A stretch of DNA of 64,000 nt from an uncultured virus (IMG/VR IMGVR_UViG_3300037067_016734) (lineage: Duplodnaviria; Heunggongvirae; Uroviricota; Caudoviricetes), in IMG/VR virus record IMGVR_UViG_3300037067_016734. One strand, 5' to 3'. The position numbers were made by a program, and so were the translations under genes. The notes under the pieces are model-generated. The model saw nothing but the letters and a program-made list of their open reading frames with translations, made no database searches and was not told the origin of the DNA. Positions 1 to 10,297 of the stretch are shown in pieces (within the stretch, counting starts at the first letter, position 1; every line of letters starts with the position of its first letter).

Positions 1-1
1 T

Positions 2-940
2 TTTCCTAATCGATCAGTAGCGGTAGGAGCCGGAACTGACGCCTTACACCTAGCATATATTCTTGCAGACATCAAAGAGAACGATGAAGTCATTACTCCC
101 GTCTTCACCTGCCTAGCGACAAATATCCCCCTACTCTATCTTAAGGCCAAGGTTATCTTTGCAGACGTTAATCATAATAACTTAAATATAGATCCTCAAG
201 ATATAAAAAGAAAAATCACTTCTAAAACTAAAGCTATTGTTGTCGTTCATTACGGTGGTTGTCCTTGTAATATGGACGATATTCAAGAAATTGCAGACAA
301 ACATCACCTTAAGGTTATTGAAGATGCAGCACAGGCTCATGGAGTTTCTTACAAAAATAAAAAAATAGGAAGTATGAGTGATTTCACTTGCTTCTCTTTT
401 CAAGCTAACAAATTGATTACTACTATTGATGGAGGAATGTTAACGATTAAAGATCATAGCTTAGAAGATAGAGCAAAAAGATTAAGATGGTTCGGAATTG
501 ATCGAACGGGTAACTTTCAAGATCGCTGGCTAAACGATATTTCTGAAATTGGATTCAAATATCAAATGAACGATGTCTCTGCTTCGATTGGAATCGAACA
601 ATTAAAGCAAATAGATCAAATTATTGAACATCAAAAAAATCTTGCAAAGATATACAAAAACAGTTTAAGAAGGGTAAAAGAAATTGAGTACATCGGGGGA
701 CTATCATTATGCACTATTCTCGTAAAAAATAGAGAAAGGCTTATTGATAAATTAAAGACTTTTGGTATAGAAAGTAGTCCCGTTCATTTTCGGAACGATA
801 GGTATTCGATCTTTGGTAGCCGTAATTCAAGTTGTCCTAATATGGATCGATTAGAAAATCATTATTTAGTCTTACCGATGCACCCTCATCTGGTCGAAGA
901 TGATATAGAATATATCTGTAGCACCATTTTAAAGGGTTAA
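2..940 (+). CDS. DegT/DnrJ/EryC1/StrS-family PLP-dependent sugar aminotransferase (5' truncated by window)
   Basis: Frame open from position 2 (GTDALHLA); motifs IEDAAQAHG, FSFQANK (PLP Lys), GGML, GFKYQM, LPMHP. Confidence 0.93.
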   Translation, partial: FPNRSVAVGAGTDALHLAYILADIKENDEVITPVFTCLATNIPLLYLKAKVIFADVNHNNLNIDPQDIKRKITSKTKAIVVVHYGGCPCNMDDIQEIADKHHLKVIEDAAQAHGVSYKNKKIGSMSDFTCFSFQANKLITTIDGGMLTIKDHSLEDRAKRLRWFGIDRTGNFQDRWLNDISEIGFKYQMNDVSASIGIEQLKQIDQIIEHQKNLAKIYKNSLRRVKEIEYIGGLSLCTILVKNRERLIDKLKTFGIESSPVHFRNDRYSIFGSRNSSCPNMDRLENHYLVLPMHPHLVEDDIEYICSTILKG

Positions 941-941
941 A

Positions 942-1436
942 ATGTTAAAATTGCATCTAGGTTGTGGGGGAGAAATTCTCTCGGACTATACAAATATCGA
1001 CATACAACCACCCTATGATATATGCCATGATTTAAGACAACCTCTTCCGTATGACGATGATTCTGTTGATGAAATTTATTGTAGAGATGTTATACAATTA
1101 TTTTCTAGGGAAGAATGGAAAAAAATTAAAAAAGATTGGTATCGAGTACTCAAACCGGGTGGAAAGATAGAGTTGATTTGTTGGGACATTTATTATGTTA
1201 TATTTAATTTTATAACAAATCAAGATGGAGAAAGATGGTCTTATTGGCTCCAATGTCTTTATGCTGGACAAGAGAACGAATATGATTACTTTAAGAATGC
1301 GTTCAGTTGGATCAAATTAACGAATGATTTAAAAGAAGAAGGCTTTAGTCATTTTGAAAGACTCTTTGTTCCAAATTTTAACGAGGATTCTTATAGGTTT
1401 ATTCATTTGGTTGGGTATAAGATTAGAGAAAAGTGA
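942..1436 (+). CDS. Class I SAM-dependent methyltransferase-like protein
   Basis: LHLGCG motif I, LPYDDDSVDEI, RVLKPGG. Confidence 0.85.
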   Translation: MLKLHLGCGGEILSDYTNIDIQPPYDICHDLRQPLPYDDDSVDEIYCRDVIQLFSREEWKKIKKDWYRVLKPGGKIELICWDIYYVIFNFITNQDGERWSYWLQCLYAGQENEYDYFKNAFSWIKLTNDLKEEGFSHFERLFVPNFNEDSYRFIHLVGYKIREK

Positions 1437-2041
1437 AAATCTTAATTGGAACACCAATTCATCGTGTCAAAGATTATGCAGTAAAACGCTGGCTTGATTG
1501 TGTACGAAATTTAGATTATGATAACTTCGAATTGATGTTGGTAGACAATTCTCCTGATTTAGAATATCAAGAATATCTAAAATCGATAATTCCAGGATCA
1601 ATAAAATATTCTTTGGTTCATGTTGATATTAATTATACAGACCCCGAAGAAAGAGTTGCTATGGCTCGGGAAGAAATCCGAAGACAGGTTTTAGATAACG
1701 ATTTTGTTTTTTGGTTTAGTTGGGAGTGTGATGTTATGGCTCCTCCTGATGTTTTAAAAAAAATGTTAAAATATACAGATGAATTCAAAGTTGTACATCA
1801 TTTGTCTCCCGATAGAATTGATCCAGAGAATTCAATAGACAACTCTTTTGGTTTATCTTTAATTCACAGAGATGTTCTAGAAAAATTTCCTTTTGCTTTC
1901 CAATGGGGTAGAATAGATACAGCTATTCCGGCAAGATGGTGTGGTACAGATAGTTGGTTTAATAAAAGAATAATTAAAGAAGGCGGAACATTTATTCAAT
2001 TAGCCGGAGTAGTAAGACCATTGAAACATCTTAATGAGTAA
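1433..2041 (+). CDS. GT-A fold (GT2-like) glycosyltransferase
   Basis: ILIGTP start, LVDNS, ECD (DXD-like), FGLSLIHRDVL. Confidence 0.7.
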   Translation: MKILIGTPIHRVKDYAVKRWLDCVRNLDYDNFELMLVDNSPDLEYQEYLKSIIPGSIKYSLVHVDINYTDPEERVAMAREEIRRQVLDNDFVFWFSWECDVMAPPDVLKKMLKYTDEFKVVHHLSPDRIDPENSIDNSFGLSLIHRDVLEKFPFAFQWGRIDTAIPARWCGTDSWFNKRIIKEGGTFIQLAGVVRPLKHLNE

Positions 2042-2044
2042 AAT

Positions 2045-2695
2045 ATGGCAACAAGACTTTATATAGCTAATGATCCTCCACCTTTTACACCCGCCGTTGC
2101 AGGAACTTGGGGTGATGCCACAGCAACCATTCGCGGTTATTTGGGGGCTAAATTTGGTCTAGCTGCAACATCCGGTAAAACAGAAAGATCTAGTACAGCT
2201 ACCGCTGTACTTTTAGGAATATGGATTTCTGATGTTTTTAAAACAGATACTACTTTTGCAGTAACAGACACAATTTCTTTTTGTGCTGGTGCATTAGAAA
2301 GTGCTTCAGCGATGACAGCCACCTTTAGGTATCATATTTGGATTACAACCGGAAATACCAGTACGGTTAGAGGTACATTGGCAGCTAATGTAATCGGTAC
2401 AAAACCGTTCCCCACAACTGCCGCTGGTGTTGCGGAAGCAACAACTTCAGCCGCCGTAACAGCTTATAAAGGAGATCGTATTGTATTTGAGTTAGGCTAC
2501 TATGCCAATAATACATCTACGACATCTTATACTGGTACCATTAATTATGGAAACACAGGGGTTACAGATTTAACAGATACAAGTGCAAATGTAACAACTG
2601 AACCAGGATGGCTACAATTTTCTAATGATATCTTGTTTGGTCGTTACCCTCTTACTTCAGGAGCCTCTAACTTTCAATCCCCTGCAATATTTTAA
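2045..2695 (+). CDS. Thr/Ala/Gly-rich putative virion structural protein
   Basis: Composition typical of beta-rich virion proteins (AYKGDRIVFELG); no enzyme motif. Confidence 0.45.
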   Translation: MATRLYIANDPPPFTPAVAGTWGDATATIRGYLGAKFGLAATSGKTERSSTATAVLLGIWISDVFKTDTTFAVTDTISFCAGALESASAMTATFRYHIWITTGNTSTVRGTLAANVIGTKPFPTTAAGVAEATTSAAVTAYKGDRIVFELGYYANNTSTTSYTGTINYGNTGVTDLTDTSANVTTEPGWLQFSNDILFGRYPLTSGASNFQSPAIF

Positions 2696-2709
2696 AGGAG
2701 TTTTGTGGC

Positions 2710-5229
2710 ATGAAATCGGTTTCTATTATTATTCCTGTGTATAATCACTGGCAAGACGCAACCAAACCTTGTCTCGACTCTATCTTCAAATACACTGATT
2801 TGAATGATATAAATATTGTTGTAGTAGCTAACGGTTGCAATGACGATACATTAAAAGAAATTAAAAACTATGATGTAGATTGTCTTGAATTTTTTGAACC
2901 ATTAGGATATCCTAGAGCAATCAATGAAGGTGTCAGTTTTGTTTTAGATAATTATGATAGTGAATTTATCGTTCTCTTGAATAACGATACAGAAGTTCTC
3001 GAATCTCCCAAAAATGAATGGATTAATATGCTTCTCGAACCTTTTAAAGATTCAGAAGTAGGTATTACTGGATCATTAAAACTTAAATCCCCTGCTACTA
3101 AAGAAGATTTTATAGTATTCTTTTGTGCTATGATCCGAAGTGAGGTTTTTAGAGAAATTGGTTTGCTGGACGAATCTTTTGGTACCGGATATGGAGAAGA
3201 TTCAGATTTTTGTTTAAGGGCTAAACAAGAAGGATGGCTTCTAAAACAAATTCCTTATGAAGGCGCAATAGAGTATAAACCTGAATGTGGCTTCAGCGTT
3301 GGCCCTTTCCCTATGTGGCACCGAGCAGAAGCAACTGTACATGATAAAGAATTAGTTAAAAATTGGGACCAAATAAAAGAGAAGAATCTTTCTATACTTA
3401 GGAAAAAATATATGAATGATAAAAAATATAAAATTATGGTAGCTATTCCCACTAAAAATAGATATCATTCAACATTACCAATCACTCTATCTTCTATCTT
3501 ACATCAAACGGTTCTACCAGATCATATTCTTATTGCTGATGATAGCTCTGAAGAAGAATGGATTGATATAACAAAAGATCCCTTATATTCTACTTTATTT
3601 AACCTCATGGATAGACGTGGAGTTTCTTGCTATATTATCTATGGACCAAAACAAGGATTAGCTTATAATGATCAACTGTGTCAAAATTATGCTGTCGAAA
3701 ATAAATATGATCTCGTTCTTCGTTGTGATGACGACATTATTCTTGAACCTAATGTATTAGAAACTTTATTATCAAAGATAGAGGGGGGGATTGGGGCTGT
3801 CGGTTGTTCTGTTGTTATTCCGAATCAATATGTTGATGTAAAGGAATATGCTATTAAGGTAGAGGATGTAGGTAAATTACCAAATATTCAATGGGGAGAA
3901 AAGACTGAGGCTTGCGAAGTAGAACATCTGCATTGCTCGTTTTTGTATCGTCCAGGAATAGCTAATTACAACTTAGCTTTATCTCCTTATGCGATGACAG
4001 AAGAAACTCAGCTTACACATGAGATTTTTCGTAAGGGATACAAGATTTTATTTACGCCACAAGCTAGAATATGGCATTTAAAATCTAATGAAGGTGGATG
4101 CCGTACTTATGATCAAGCAGAAAAACAATTTCATGACTACAATGTATTTCAAGCCAAGCTTGCTGAATGGGGTAAATCTATTAATACGCCTTTCGAGGTC
4201 TATCTAGATAATGGAATTGGAGATCATATAATTTTCTCAACACTTATCCCTGAATTATTGAAAAAACATTCAAAGATTAGAATCGCTTGTTGTTATCCAA
4301 AAGTTTTTGAAGAATATATAGATAATAATAACGTAGAAATAATAAGTTTGGCAGTTTCCCCCGTAGATCCAGAAAGATATAGTATTTACCAATGGTGTAT
4401 TGATAATAATTGGAACAAACCATTAGAAGAAGCATTCCGGATTATGTATGGACTTGAAAATCAAAGTCTACCTATAGTTACAATTGTTACTCCAATGTTG
4501 GGACGAGAAAATTTCCAAAAGACTCTATCTCTTATCGTAAAGAATCAAACATATCCTAATATAGAACATCTAATCATAGAAGAAAAATGGTCATATAACA
4601 AGAAATCAACCGTCATCAAAAACGCCAGATATCAGCTTATCGATATTCCAGAAGGAGAAACTGTTTCTCTTGGATACAAATATCGCCTAGCAAATAAAAT
4701 TGCAAGCGGTGATATCATAGTCCGTATGGATAGCGATAACTATTATGGACCTGATTATGTCGAACAAATGGTCAATCTTTTGATCAATAATAAAGCTCTA
4801 TATGGTTGCAAAACTAAAACATATATTTACGATATCACTACTCAAGAATACATTCCTCATACCAATTCCGGAGCTTGGGTTTATTATAGAACGGCAATTC
4901 CTGATGAATGGATTGTAGACGATAAAAATAAAGCTGAAGATGTAGAATTATGGACTAATGCTCGTCAATATGGTGAATACGTAGAAAATGATTCCTTCGG
5001 AAACCATCTAGCTATTCGACATTATACTAAAGAAAAAGTCAAACAAAATATCGATATCAATCGACAAGTTTTTGGAACCTACATGACACAAGACGATTTT
5101 GTAAAAGAAGGTGGTCATGTTTCCGCCCATGAACCAGACGGATTTTTAAAAGATAATAATCTAGAATTGCTTTCAAGTATTGTAAAAGATGAAGATATAT
5201 TAAATTTCTACAGGAGCTTTAAAGTATGA
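2710..5229 (+). CDS. Multidomain glycosyltransferase (GT2-GT2-GT9 N-half-GT2)
   Basis: Three GT2 starts (SIIIPVYN..LNND; VAIPTKNR..CDDD; TIVTPM..MDSD) plus GIGDHI GT9-like motif near 4210. Confidence 0.85.
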   Translation: MKSVSIIIPVYNHWQDATKPCLDSIFKYTDLNDINIVVVANGCNDDTLKEIKNYDVDCLEFFEPLGYPRAINEGVSFVLDNYDSEFIVLLNNDTEVLESPKNEWINMLLEPFKDSEVGITGSLKLKSPATKEDFIVFFCAMIRSEVFREIGLLDESFGTGYGEDSDFCLRAKQEGWLLKQIPYEGAIEYKPECGFSVGPFPMWHRAEATVHDKELVKNWDQIKEKNLSILRKKYMNDKKYKIMVAIPTKNRYHSTLPITLSSILHQTVLPDHILIADDSSEEEWIDITKDPLYSTLFNLMDRRGVSCYIIYGPKQGLAYNDQLCQNYAVENKYDLVLRCDDDIILEPNVLETLLSKIEGGIGAVGCSVVIPNQYVDVKEYAIKVEDVGKLPNIQWGEKTEACEVEHLHCSFLYRPGIANYNLALSPYAMTEETQLTHEIFRKGYKILFTPQARIWHLKSNEGGCRTYDQAEKQFHDYNVFQAKLAEWGKSINTPFEVYLDNGIGDHIIFSTLIPELLKKHSKIRIACCYPKVFEEYIDNNNVEIISLAVSPVDPERYSIYQWCIDNNWNKPLEEAFRIMYGLENQSLPIVTIVTPMLGRENFQKTLSLIVKNQTYPNIEHLIIEEKWSYNKKSTVIKNARYQLIDIPEGETVSLGYKYRLANKIASGDIIVRMDSDNYYGPDYVEQMVNLLINNKALYGCKTKTYIYDITTQEYIPHTNSGAWVYYRTAIPDEWIVDDKNKAEDVELWTNARQYGEYVENDSFGNHLAIRHYTKEKVKQNIDINRQVFGTYMTQDDFVKEGGHVSAHEPDGFLKDNNLELLSSIVKDEDILNFYRSFKV

Positions 5230-5729
5230 CTCATGTTAAAAGTCCTAATATCGTAATCGCTCCATATTCAGTTCAACTTCCTTCTGGGCAATTAAACCCT
5301 AAAAATTATCCATATTGGAGGGAAGTAATAAAAGGAGTAAATACGTTTGATTCTTATTTTAATTATTTAAGTGAATATCATTTTATTCAAATCGGCAGAG
5401 AAGGAGAAGAACAACTATGTGAAGACTTTAGAAAAGATCTATCGTTTAAAGAGATAGAGCTATTACTTAAAAATTCATTCACTTTTGTAACGGTTGATAG
5501 TTTCCTACAACATCTTGCTTGGAAAATTGGAAAACGAGGAATTGTTATTTTTTCTCAATCAGATCCAGAAATTTTTGGACATAAAGAAAATATTAATTTA
5601 TTAAAAGATCGTTCATATCTACGTCCCGGACGAGAACAATTTTGGAAATGGGATCAATGCGAGTGGAACGAAGATGCCTTTGTTTCACCAGACGAAGTAA
5701 TTAAAGCAATTTGGGAATTTAAAATATAG
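5226..5729 (+). CDS. GT9 (heptosyltransferase-like) C-terminal domain protein
   Basis: IVIAP..KNYPYW, IQIG, FVTVDSFLQHLA motifs. Confidence 0.75.
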   Translation: MTHVKSPNIVIAPYSVQLPSGQLNPKNYPYWREVIKGVNTFDSYFNYLSEYHFIQIGREGEEQLCEDFRKDLSFKEIELLLKNSFTFVTVDSFLQHLAWKIGKRGIVIFSQSDPEIFGHKENINLLKDRSYLRPGREQFWKWDQCEWNEDAFVSPDEVIKAIWEFKI

Positions 5730-5738
5730 GAGAAATAC

Positions 5739-5978
5739 ATGGCAGAATATATAGATGGACTAATCAAAAGGATCGAAGAGAAAGCCGAATTATACGAAAG
5801 ATTAACCTCGGCTCTATCTCGTACACTGGAAGAAAAAGATCTTATAAACCAAAAAGAATTAGCTTTAAAAGAAGAGCTAATTAAGGTCGGTTCAGCGATA
5901 AGAACTTTAAGAAATGAGTTCCACGAGTTCACTGGCGCAGATTTTGAATTTTCTTCAAAAGAAGCCAAAAAGGATTAA
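5739..5978 (+). CDS. Coiled-coil hypothetical protein
   Basis: AGGAG RBS; heptad-like Glu/Lys/Leu sequence. Confidence 0.6.
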   Translation: MAEYIDGLIKRIEEKAELYERLTSALSRTLEEKDLINQKELALKEELIKVGSAIRTLRNEFHEFTGADFEFSSKEAKKD

Positions 5979-6050
5979 ATTAGGATAAAATATATATAAC
6001 GTTGAATTTCTATATTCATCGTTTAAATTGAGAAAATAAGGAATAACTCA

Positions 6051-7055
6051 ATGGCATATTCAAATATTACAGTTACAAACGCTGCTCTGTTTAATGGCGC
6101 TACGAGTTTGAAAAGCGTTTTAAATAATGCGGGATGGACTGTTACGAGTGGAGGTTCCCCTACTCTATCTTTTACTGTAACTCCCGGAGGCACACTTTAT
6201 TATAAGTTCGATAGACTTGCCGCCGATAGTCCGACATTTAAGGTTTACATATCACAGGATAGCGGATCTACTTATGTAAAATATGGAACCCTTACTCTAT
6301 GTCCTGGTGCTACTTATACGGGGAACATTGATTTACATAGTTTCTCTTATACTAGCCCTGATACGTTCAATCTTGTGTTTGGTGCCTTGGTTGATGGAAA
6401 ATATTATTATCAATTAGTTTGTTTAGGTTATATTGCAAGATTTGATACTAACGATTCAAATGCTTGGGGTTTATATATTAGTGGTGCCCCTGAAGCAATG
6501 GGTAAAAACTTTCTTTCTCAAGGTATTTCTTATGGAACACTTGAAACATTCTTTATGAGATCAGTGGATAAATCTTCTTCAACCTCAAAGAGTATTATTC
6601 AGTTTAAATTCACAGACATTCAAGATTACACTGATTCGGTTGGTATGGGTTACAACGGTCTTGGTACTATTACAAACGTTCTTTCGGCAAGCAACACCAA
6701 CTTCTCAGGAAACTCTCTTAGAGATATTTATGAAACCGAAAAGATCGCCGCTAGACGTTTTTGCCCTATCGGTGTTTATAAGGAATATCTTAACACTTTA
6801 TTTGATGGACAGGGATTACGTGGAACTTTGAGAAACGTCTATTCTGTCCATCAATTTTGTTATAATGATAGTGCAGGAAATATCATTCCTCATGTTATCG
6901 GCAAACAGGCTTTAGCTGCTACTTTTAACTGGACTGCACGTGGAAGCGCCATTTGGAGTTCAGAAAAAGATTGGTTAGTTGTTCCTCTTTATAACAATGT
7001 CACAAACTACGATATCTATAACGGTTTACATGTTGTAGCTCTTCCAAAGGTATAA
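6051..7055 (+). CDS. Putative virion structural protein
   Basis: AAGGA RBS; rich in Gly/Ser/Thr/Asn/Tyr. Confidence 0.45.
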   Translation: MAYSNITVTNAALFNGATSLKSVLNNAGWTVTSGGSPTLSFTVTPGGTLYYKFDRLAADSPTFKVYISQDSGSTYVKYGTLTLCPGATYTGNIDLHSFSYTSPDTFNLVFGALVDGKYYYQLVCLGYIARFDTNDSNAWGLYISGAPEAMGKNFLSQGISYGTLETFFMRSVDKSSSTSKSIIQFKFTDIQDYTDSVGMGYNGLGTITNVLSASNTNFSGNSLRDIYETEKIAARRFCPIGVYKEYLNTLFDGQGLRGTLRNVYSVHQFCYNDSAGNIIPHVIGKQALAATFNWTARGSAIWSSEKDWLVVPLYNNVTNYDIYNGLHVVALPKV

Positions 7056-7058
7056 CAA

Positions 7059-7703
7059 ATGAAATATATTTCACAAGAAGAAAGACTTAAAATTGCTAAT
7101 CAGAAGTTTGGAGAAAAGGTTAACCAACTGTATGAAATCAGTCAGCCTCCAAAAATAGAGCAAGCAGAACCTCTTACAAAATCTGTTACATCAGAAGAGG
7201 TCTTATCTCATCTACTTTCAGTATGTTTAGAAGTATCAAAAGATGATATTGAAAGATATATTGATAGGGGTGTGCAGTCGTTCCAGAAAAGCGCAACCAT
7301 TCTCGGTAACGCCAATTTTGATGTAAAACGTAGACGTTCCAATCTTACGGAGCTAATCAAAAAGGCAGCATCTTTTCCGAATCCATCAGAACGAATGAAC
7401 CCTTATGAGATTCAAATGCTAATGAATTTGGACCGCGATATTGCAGAAGCAATCGCTAACAATGGAAATCTGATCAAGAGTGATTTCTTAGATAGAGTCC
7501 GTGATTATTTTAACGGAAACAAGAACGATAAAGGTATTAACGTCTTCGTTCCTCGTCTAACCTCTATCTCTAAATCTATCAAAGATGATTTTATAACAGA
7601 ACTATATAAGTCAGCCTTGCTTTCAGCAATGGAAAAGATTGTATGGTCTAATCAAGGTCAATTCCTAGATCAAGGGGGGGAAAGGGATCTCCCTTTCGAG
7701 TAA
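7059..7703 (+). CDS. Hypothetical protein; probable N-terminal part of a frameshifted gene 7059-8881
   Basis: Repeated xxKS motifs; ends just after G7 tract 7674-7680. Confidence 0.6.
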   Translation: MKYISQEERLKIANQKFGEKVNQLYEISQPPKIEQAEPLTKSVTSEEVLSHLLSVCLEVSKDDIERYIDRGVQSFQKSATILGNANFDVKRRRSNLTELIKKAASFPNPSERMNPYEIQMLMNLDRDIAEAIANNGNLIKSDFLDRVRDYFNGNKNDKGINVFVPRLTSISKSIKDDFITELYKSALLSAMEKIVWSNQGQFLDQGGERDLPFE

Positions 7704-7786
7704 CCCCAAAAGAAGAAATTAGAGGAAGTATACAAAAAAGCCCCCTGGCTCCCAATGTAAAACAACATTCCTTTCTTTCTTGGTTA

Positions 7787-8881
7787 ATGGGTTTTAGAAA
7801 GCCTAAAGTACCCCAAGCTCCTCCAAAACTTGCCAGCGCCCAATTAGGGCCGGATATGGAAGATGTCGCTCAGACTCCAAGAAAGACTCTTGGTAATTTC
7901 CCCCCTTTAGACCTTAAAGATATGGATTATGATACGAGAAGTGTAATAGGGCGTCAAGAGGCGGCTGAAAGAGCTAGGACATCTTTTGCTAAAGCTATTA
8001 TTACCGATACGATCACCAAGGCTAGAAAGGCTTCTACAGAGAGACTTAGTGAGCCGATTCTGAAGACTGTCATGGAAGACTTATTAAATAGAGCAAACAA
8101 TCCTACCACGCCGAGGGACTTAGCAGCCATTATTTCAGATATTGCACAAAGAGGTAAATCTTCTAAGTTTATTTCAATTGCCACAGAAAGAGGTTTGCCT
8201 GCCGGTCTATTGAGAGGTAACAAACAAACGGTTCCTGCGATTAATCCTGGCAAGATGGTAGATCCAGAAGCCGCAGAAAGCTCTATCTCTGGAAATATAA
8301 GTCCTTCTGATCTTCCCTCACCCATTCTATCAAAACAGAAGAGAAGCGGTAAACTACATACTCCTGTAGAAGTAAAATTAATATCTCTTATTAATAATAT
8401 CAATGCTCAATCTCCTGCTCATACTCAAGAAACAGCACAAACCTATGCGACTACCCCTCAGAAGGCGCATGGCTCTACTTTAACGAAAGATTATGGAGTA
8501 GACGAAGAAGGCCATTCAAGAATGATGGCTGAGAAACAACTAATAGATAGAGTCTCAAGAGATCCCCAAGAATTATCCTTTTTACAAGCAATTTCAAAGA
8601 AGTTGGGGACCGGAATGAGAGGGAACGAGTATGTTCCTATGGTTTCAGGACAAGATCATGATTTAATTATAAGAATTCCTTCTCATGGAATGGAATTCAA
8701 ACACACAAGACAACATCAAGATCCATATGGAAGAACGATTCCTGCTTCGGTTTATTCTTCAGTAGATTCATACCTACCTATTCCGAGGTCTACGTTGCCT
8801 GGACAACCTCAAAAAGAACAGGAATATCATCACTATAGAAGGGGTTTGTCTCAAACTCCCGAAGAGTTTCTAAACAGCTAA
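7787..8881 (+). CDS. Hypothetical protein; probable C-terminal part of gene 7059-8881
   Basis: Frame open from 7652; ATG at 7787 has no SD. Confidence 0.6.
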   Translation: MGFRKPKVPQAPPKLASAQLGPDMEDVAQTPRKTLGNFPPLDLKDMDYDTRSVIGRQEAAERARTSFAKAIITDTITKARKASTERLSEPILKTVMEDLLNRANNPTTPRDLAAIISDIAQRGKSSKFISIATERGLPAGLLRGNKQTVPAINPGKMVDPEAAESSISGNISPSDLPSPILSKQKRSGKLHTPVEVKLISLINNINAQSPAHTQETAQTYATTPQKAHGSTLTKDYGVDEEGHSRMMAEKQLIDRVSRDPQELSFLQAISKKLGTGMRGNEYVPMVSGQDHDLIIRIPSHGMEFKHTRQHQDPYGRTIPASVYSSVDSYLPIPRSTLPGQPQKEQEYHHYRRGLSQTPEEFLNS

Positions 8882-8904
8882 CCATTCTACCACATCCTCT
8901 CCGG

Positions 8905-8930
8905 TGCGGCCCGCAAGGGCCGCATTTTTT
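8905..8930 (+). terminator. Intrinsic terminator at convergence point
   Basis: TGCGGCCC-GCAA-GGGCCGCA followed by TTTTTT. Confidence 0.9.
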
Positions 8931-9144
8931 ATGGATTATGCAGTATATAAAGTAGATATCTTTTCTGAATTGTTTCGATTGCTTCTTGATAATATAAAGC
9001 GTTTTCGTTATAATTTGATTCTATCAATTTTTTTAATATTAAATAACATTCTTTATAAAAAACATCTTTATTGTTTTCTATGTGTACATAATCGGTATTT
9101 GTTCCTAATGATTCAATTAAATTGTATACATTTAAATCTGTCAT
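8929..9144 (-). CDS. MTxLNxxNL-family small protein
   Basis: MTDLNVYNLIESL; ATGA-coupled to the upstream stop. Confidence 0.7.
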   Translation of the reverse strand: MTDLNVYNLIESLGTNTDYVHIENNKDVFYKECYLILKKLIESNYNENALYYQEAIETIQKRYLLYILHNP

Positions 9145-9347
9145 GGCATACCCAATTCTATCCATTCTGCAAAAAAGGTTGCATAATTAAAAATGTGTTC
9201 ATCGTACATTGTTAAAAATTCTCTAAAAAAACCATTTTTTTTCTTACATAATAAATCACATATTATAACTTTTGTTCCTTCTTTTTCCACCCTAAATCTT
9301 TCCTTGTATAAACTATCAAGAAGATTCTGAAGATTCAAGTTTGTCAT
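9141..9347 (-). CDS. MTxLNxxNL-family small protein
   Basis: MTNLNLQNLLDSL. Confidence 0.7.
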   Translation of the reverse strand: MTNLNLQNLLDSLYKERFRVEKEGTKVIICDLLCKKKNGFFREFLTMYDEHIFNYATFFAEWIELGMP

Positions 9348-10297
9348 TTGTTTCTAAGCCTTGTTTCTTCTTCGAGAAAGCGTTTCCAGATTCTAGAAAT
9401 AGAGTGAGTGGGAATAACTTGACGATACAAACATAATTCATGTAAAAAAGCTCTATTTAGTGAATGATTACTAATTAGATTGACAAAAGATTCCGAATTA
9501 ATAGATTTTATCTCTTTTGTGACACCCTTTCCTGTAAAAACGCCTCTTCCTAAACTAATAACAGGAACATCTCTCACTAAAGCTTCTAAAATATAACTAC
9601 TATTAATAGAAAGTAAAGCGGTACAGTCTTTAATAAGGAAATTATTTAAAGAATCATTAAGAAAATCATTTTCTAACTTATCGATATAGATGACATTTGG
9701 GCGCTCAACAAACTTAAATCCTTTGGTTGACTTTGGATGCTGCTTAACTACCAAATAATGATCGTTAGGAATAGAGTTAGATGCATCAATAATAATCTGA
9801 TCAAAATGTTTACAGTAATCCGAGGTATCAAACTTTATGACGCTATCGTTGATATGTTGAATCGGAAATAAGATATACGGAGATCTAATCAAAAGGTGCT
9901 TGATTGGTTCATATTCATATTCTTTAAAATAATATTTTGCAAGAAATGACGATAGATCTTCGTTTTCTTGCAAAGAAATCTCGGGAAGATTAAATGATAT
10001 AATACTACTTTCTGCTAAATGTCCTTTTGGGTCGATAGAAATAGTATTATAATGTGGAAGATAACCATTTTCTATAAAAGATATATTTGGTACCAATGGA
10101 GGTTGATTTTGCCAAGCCTTTCTATACGTACCGGCCCAAACAAAATAACGAACATGAGGATTCTTTTGTGCTAAAGTAGGAAGAGAATGTAAGTCGAAAT
10201 TAGCGGGAATAAATGAAATTTCACACTCTATTTCTTTCGAAAAAGATTCCGCTAATTGTTTTACAGTAATTTGTCTAGAGTGGAAACAAAACTTCAT
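9344..10297 (-). CDS. KpsS/KpsC-like capsular polysaccharide biosynthesis protein
   Basis: IENGYLP, ILFPIQ..DS, VVKQHP, SINSS..EAL, LGRG motifs. Confidence 0.8.
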   Translation of the reverse strand: MKFCFHSRQITVKQLAESFSKEIECEISFIPANFDLHSLPTLAQKNPHVRYFVWAGTYRKAWQNQPPLVPNISFIENGYLPHYNTISIDPKGHLAESSIISFNLPEISLQENEDLSSFLAKYYFKEYEYEPIKHLLIRSPYILFPIQHINDSVIKFDTSDYCKHFDQIIIDASNSIPNDHYLVVKQHPKSTKGFKFVERPNVIYIDKLENDFLNDSLNNFLIKDCTALLSINSSYILEALVRDVPVISLGRGVFTGKGVTKEIKSINSESFVNLISNHSLNRAFLHELCLYRQVIPTHSISRIWKRFLEEETRLRNK

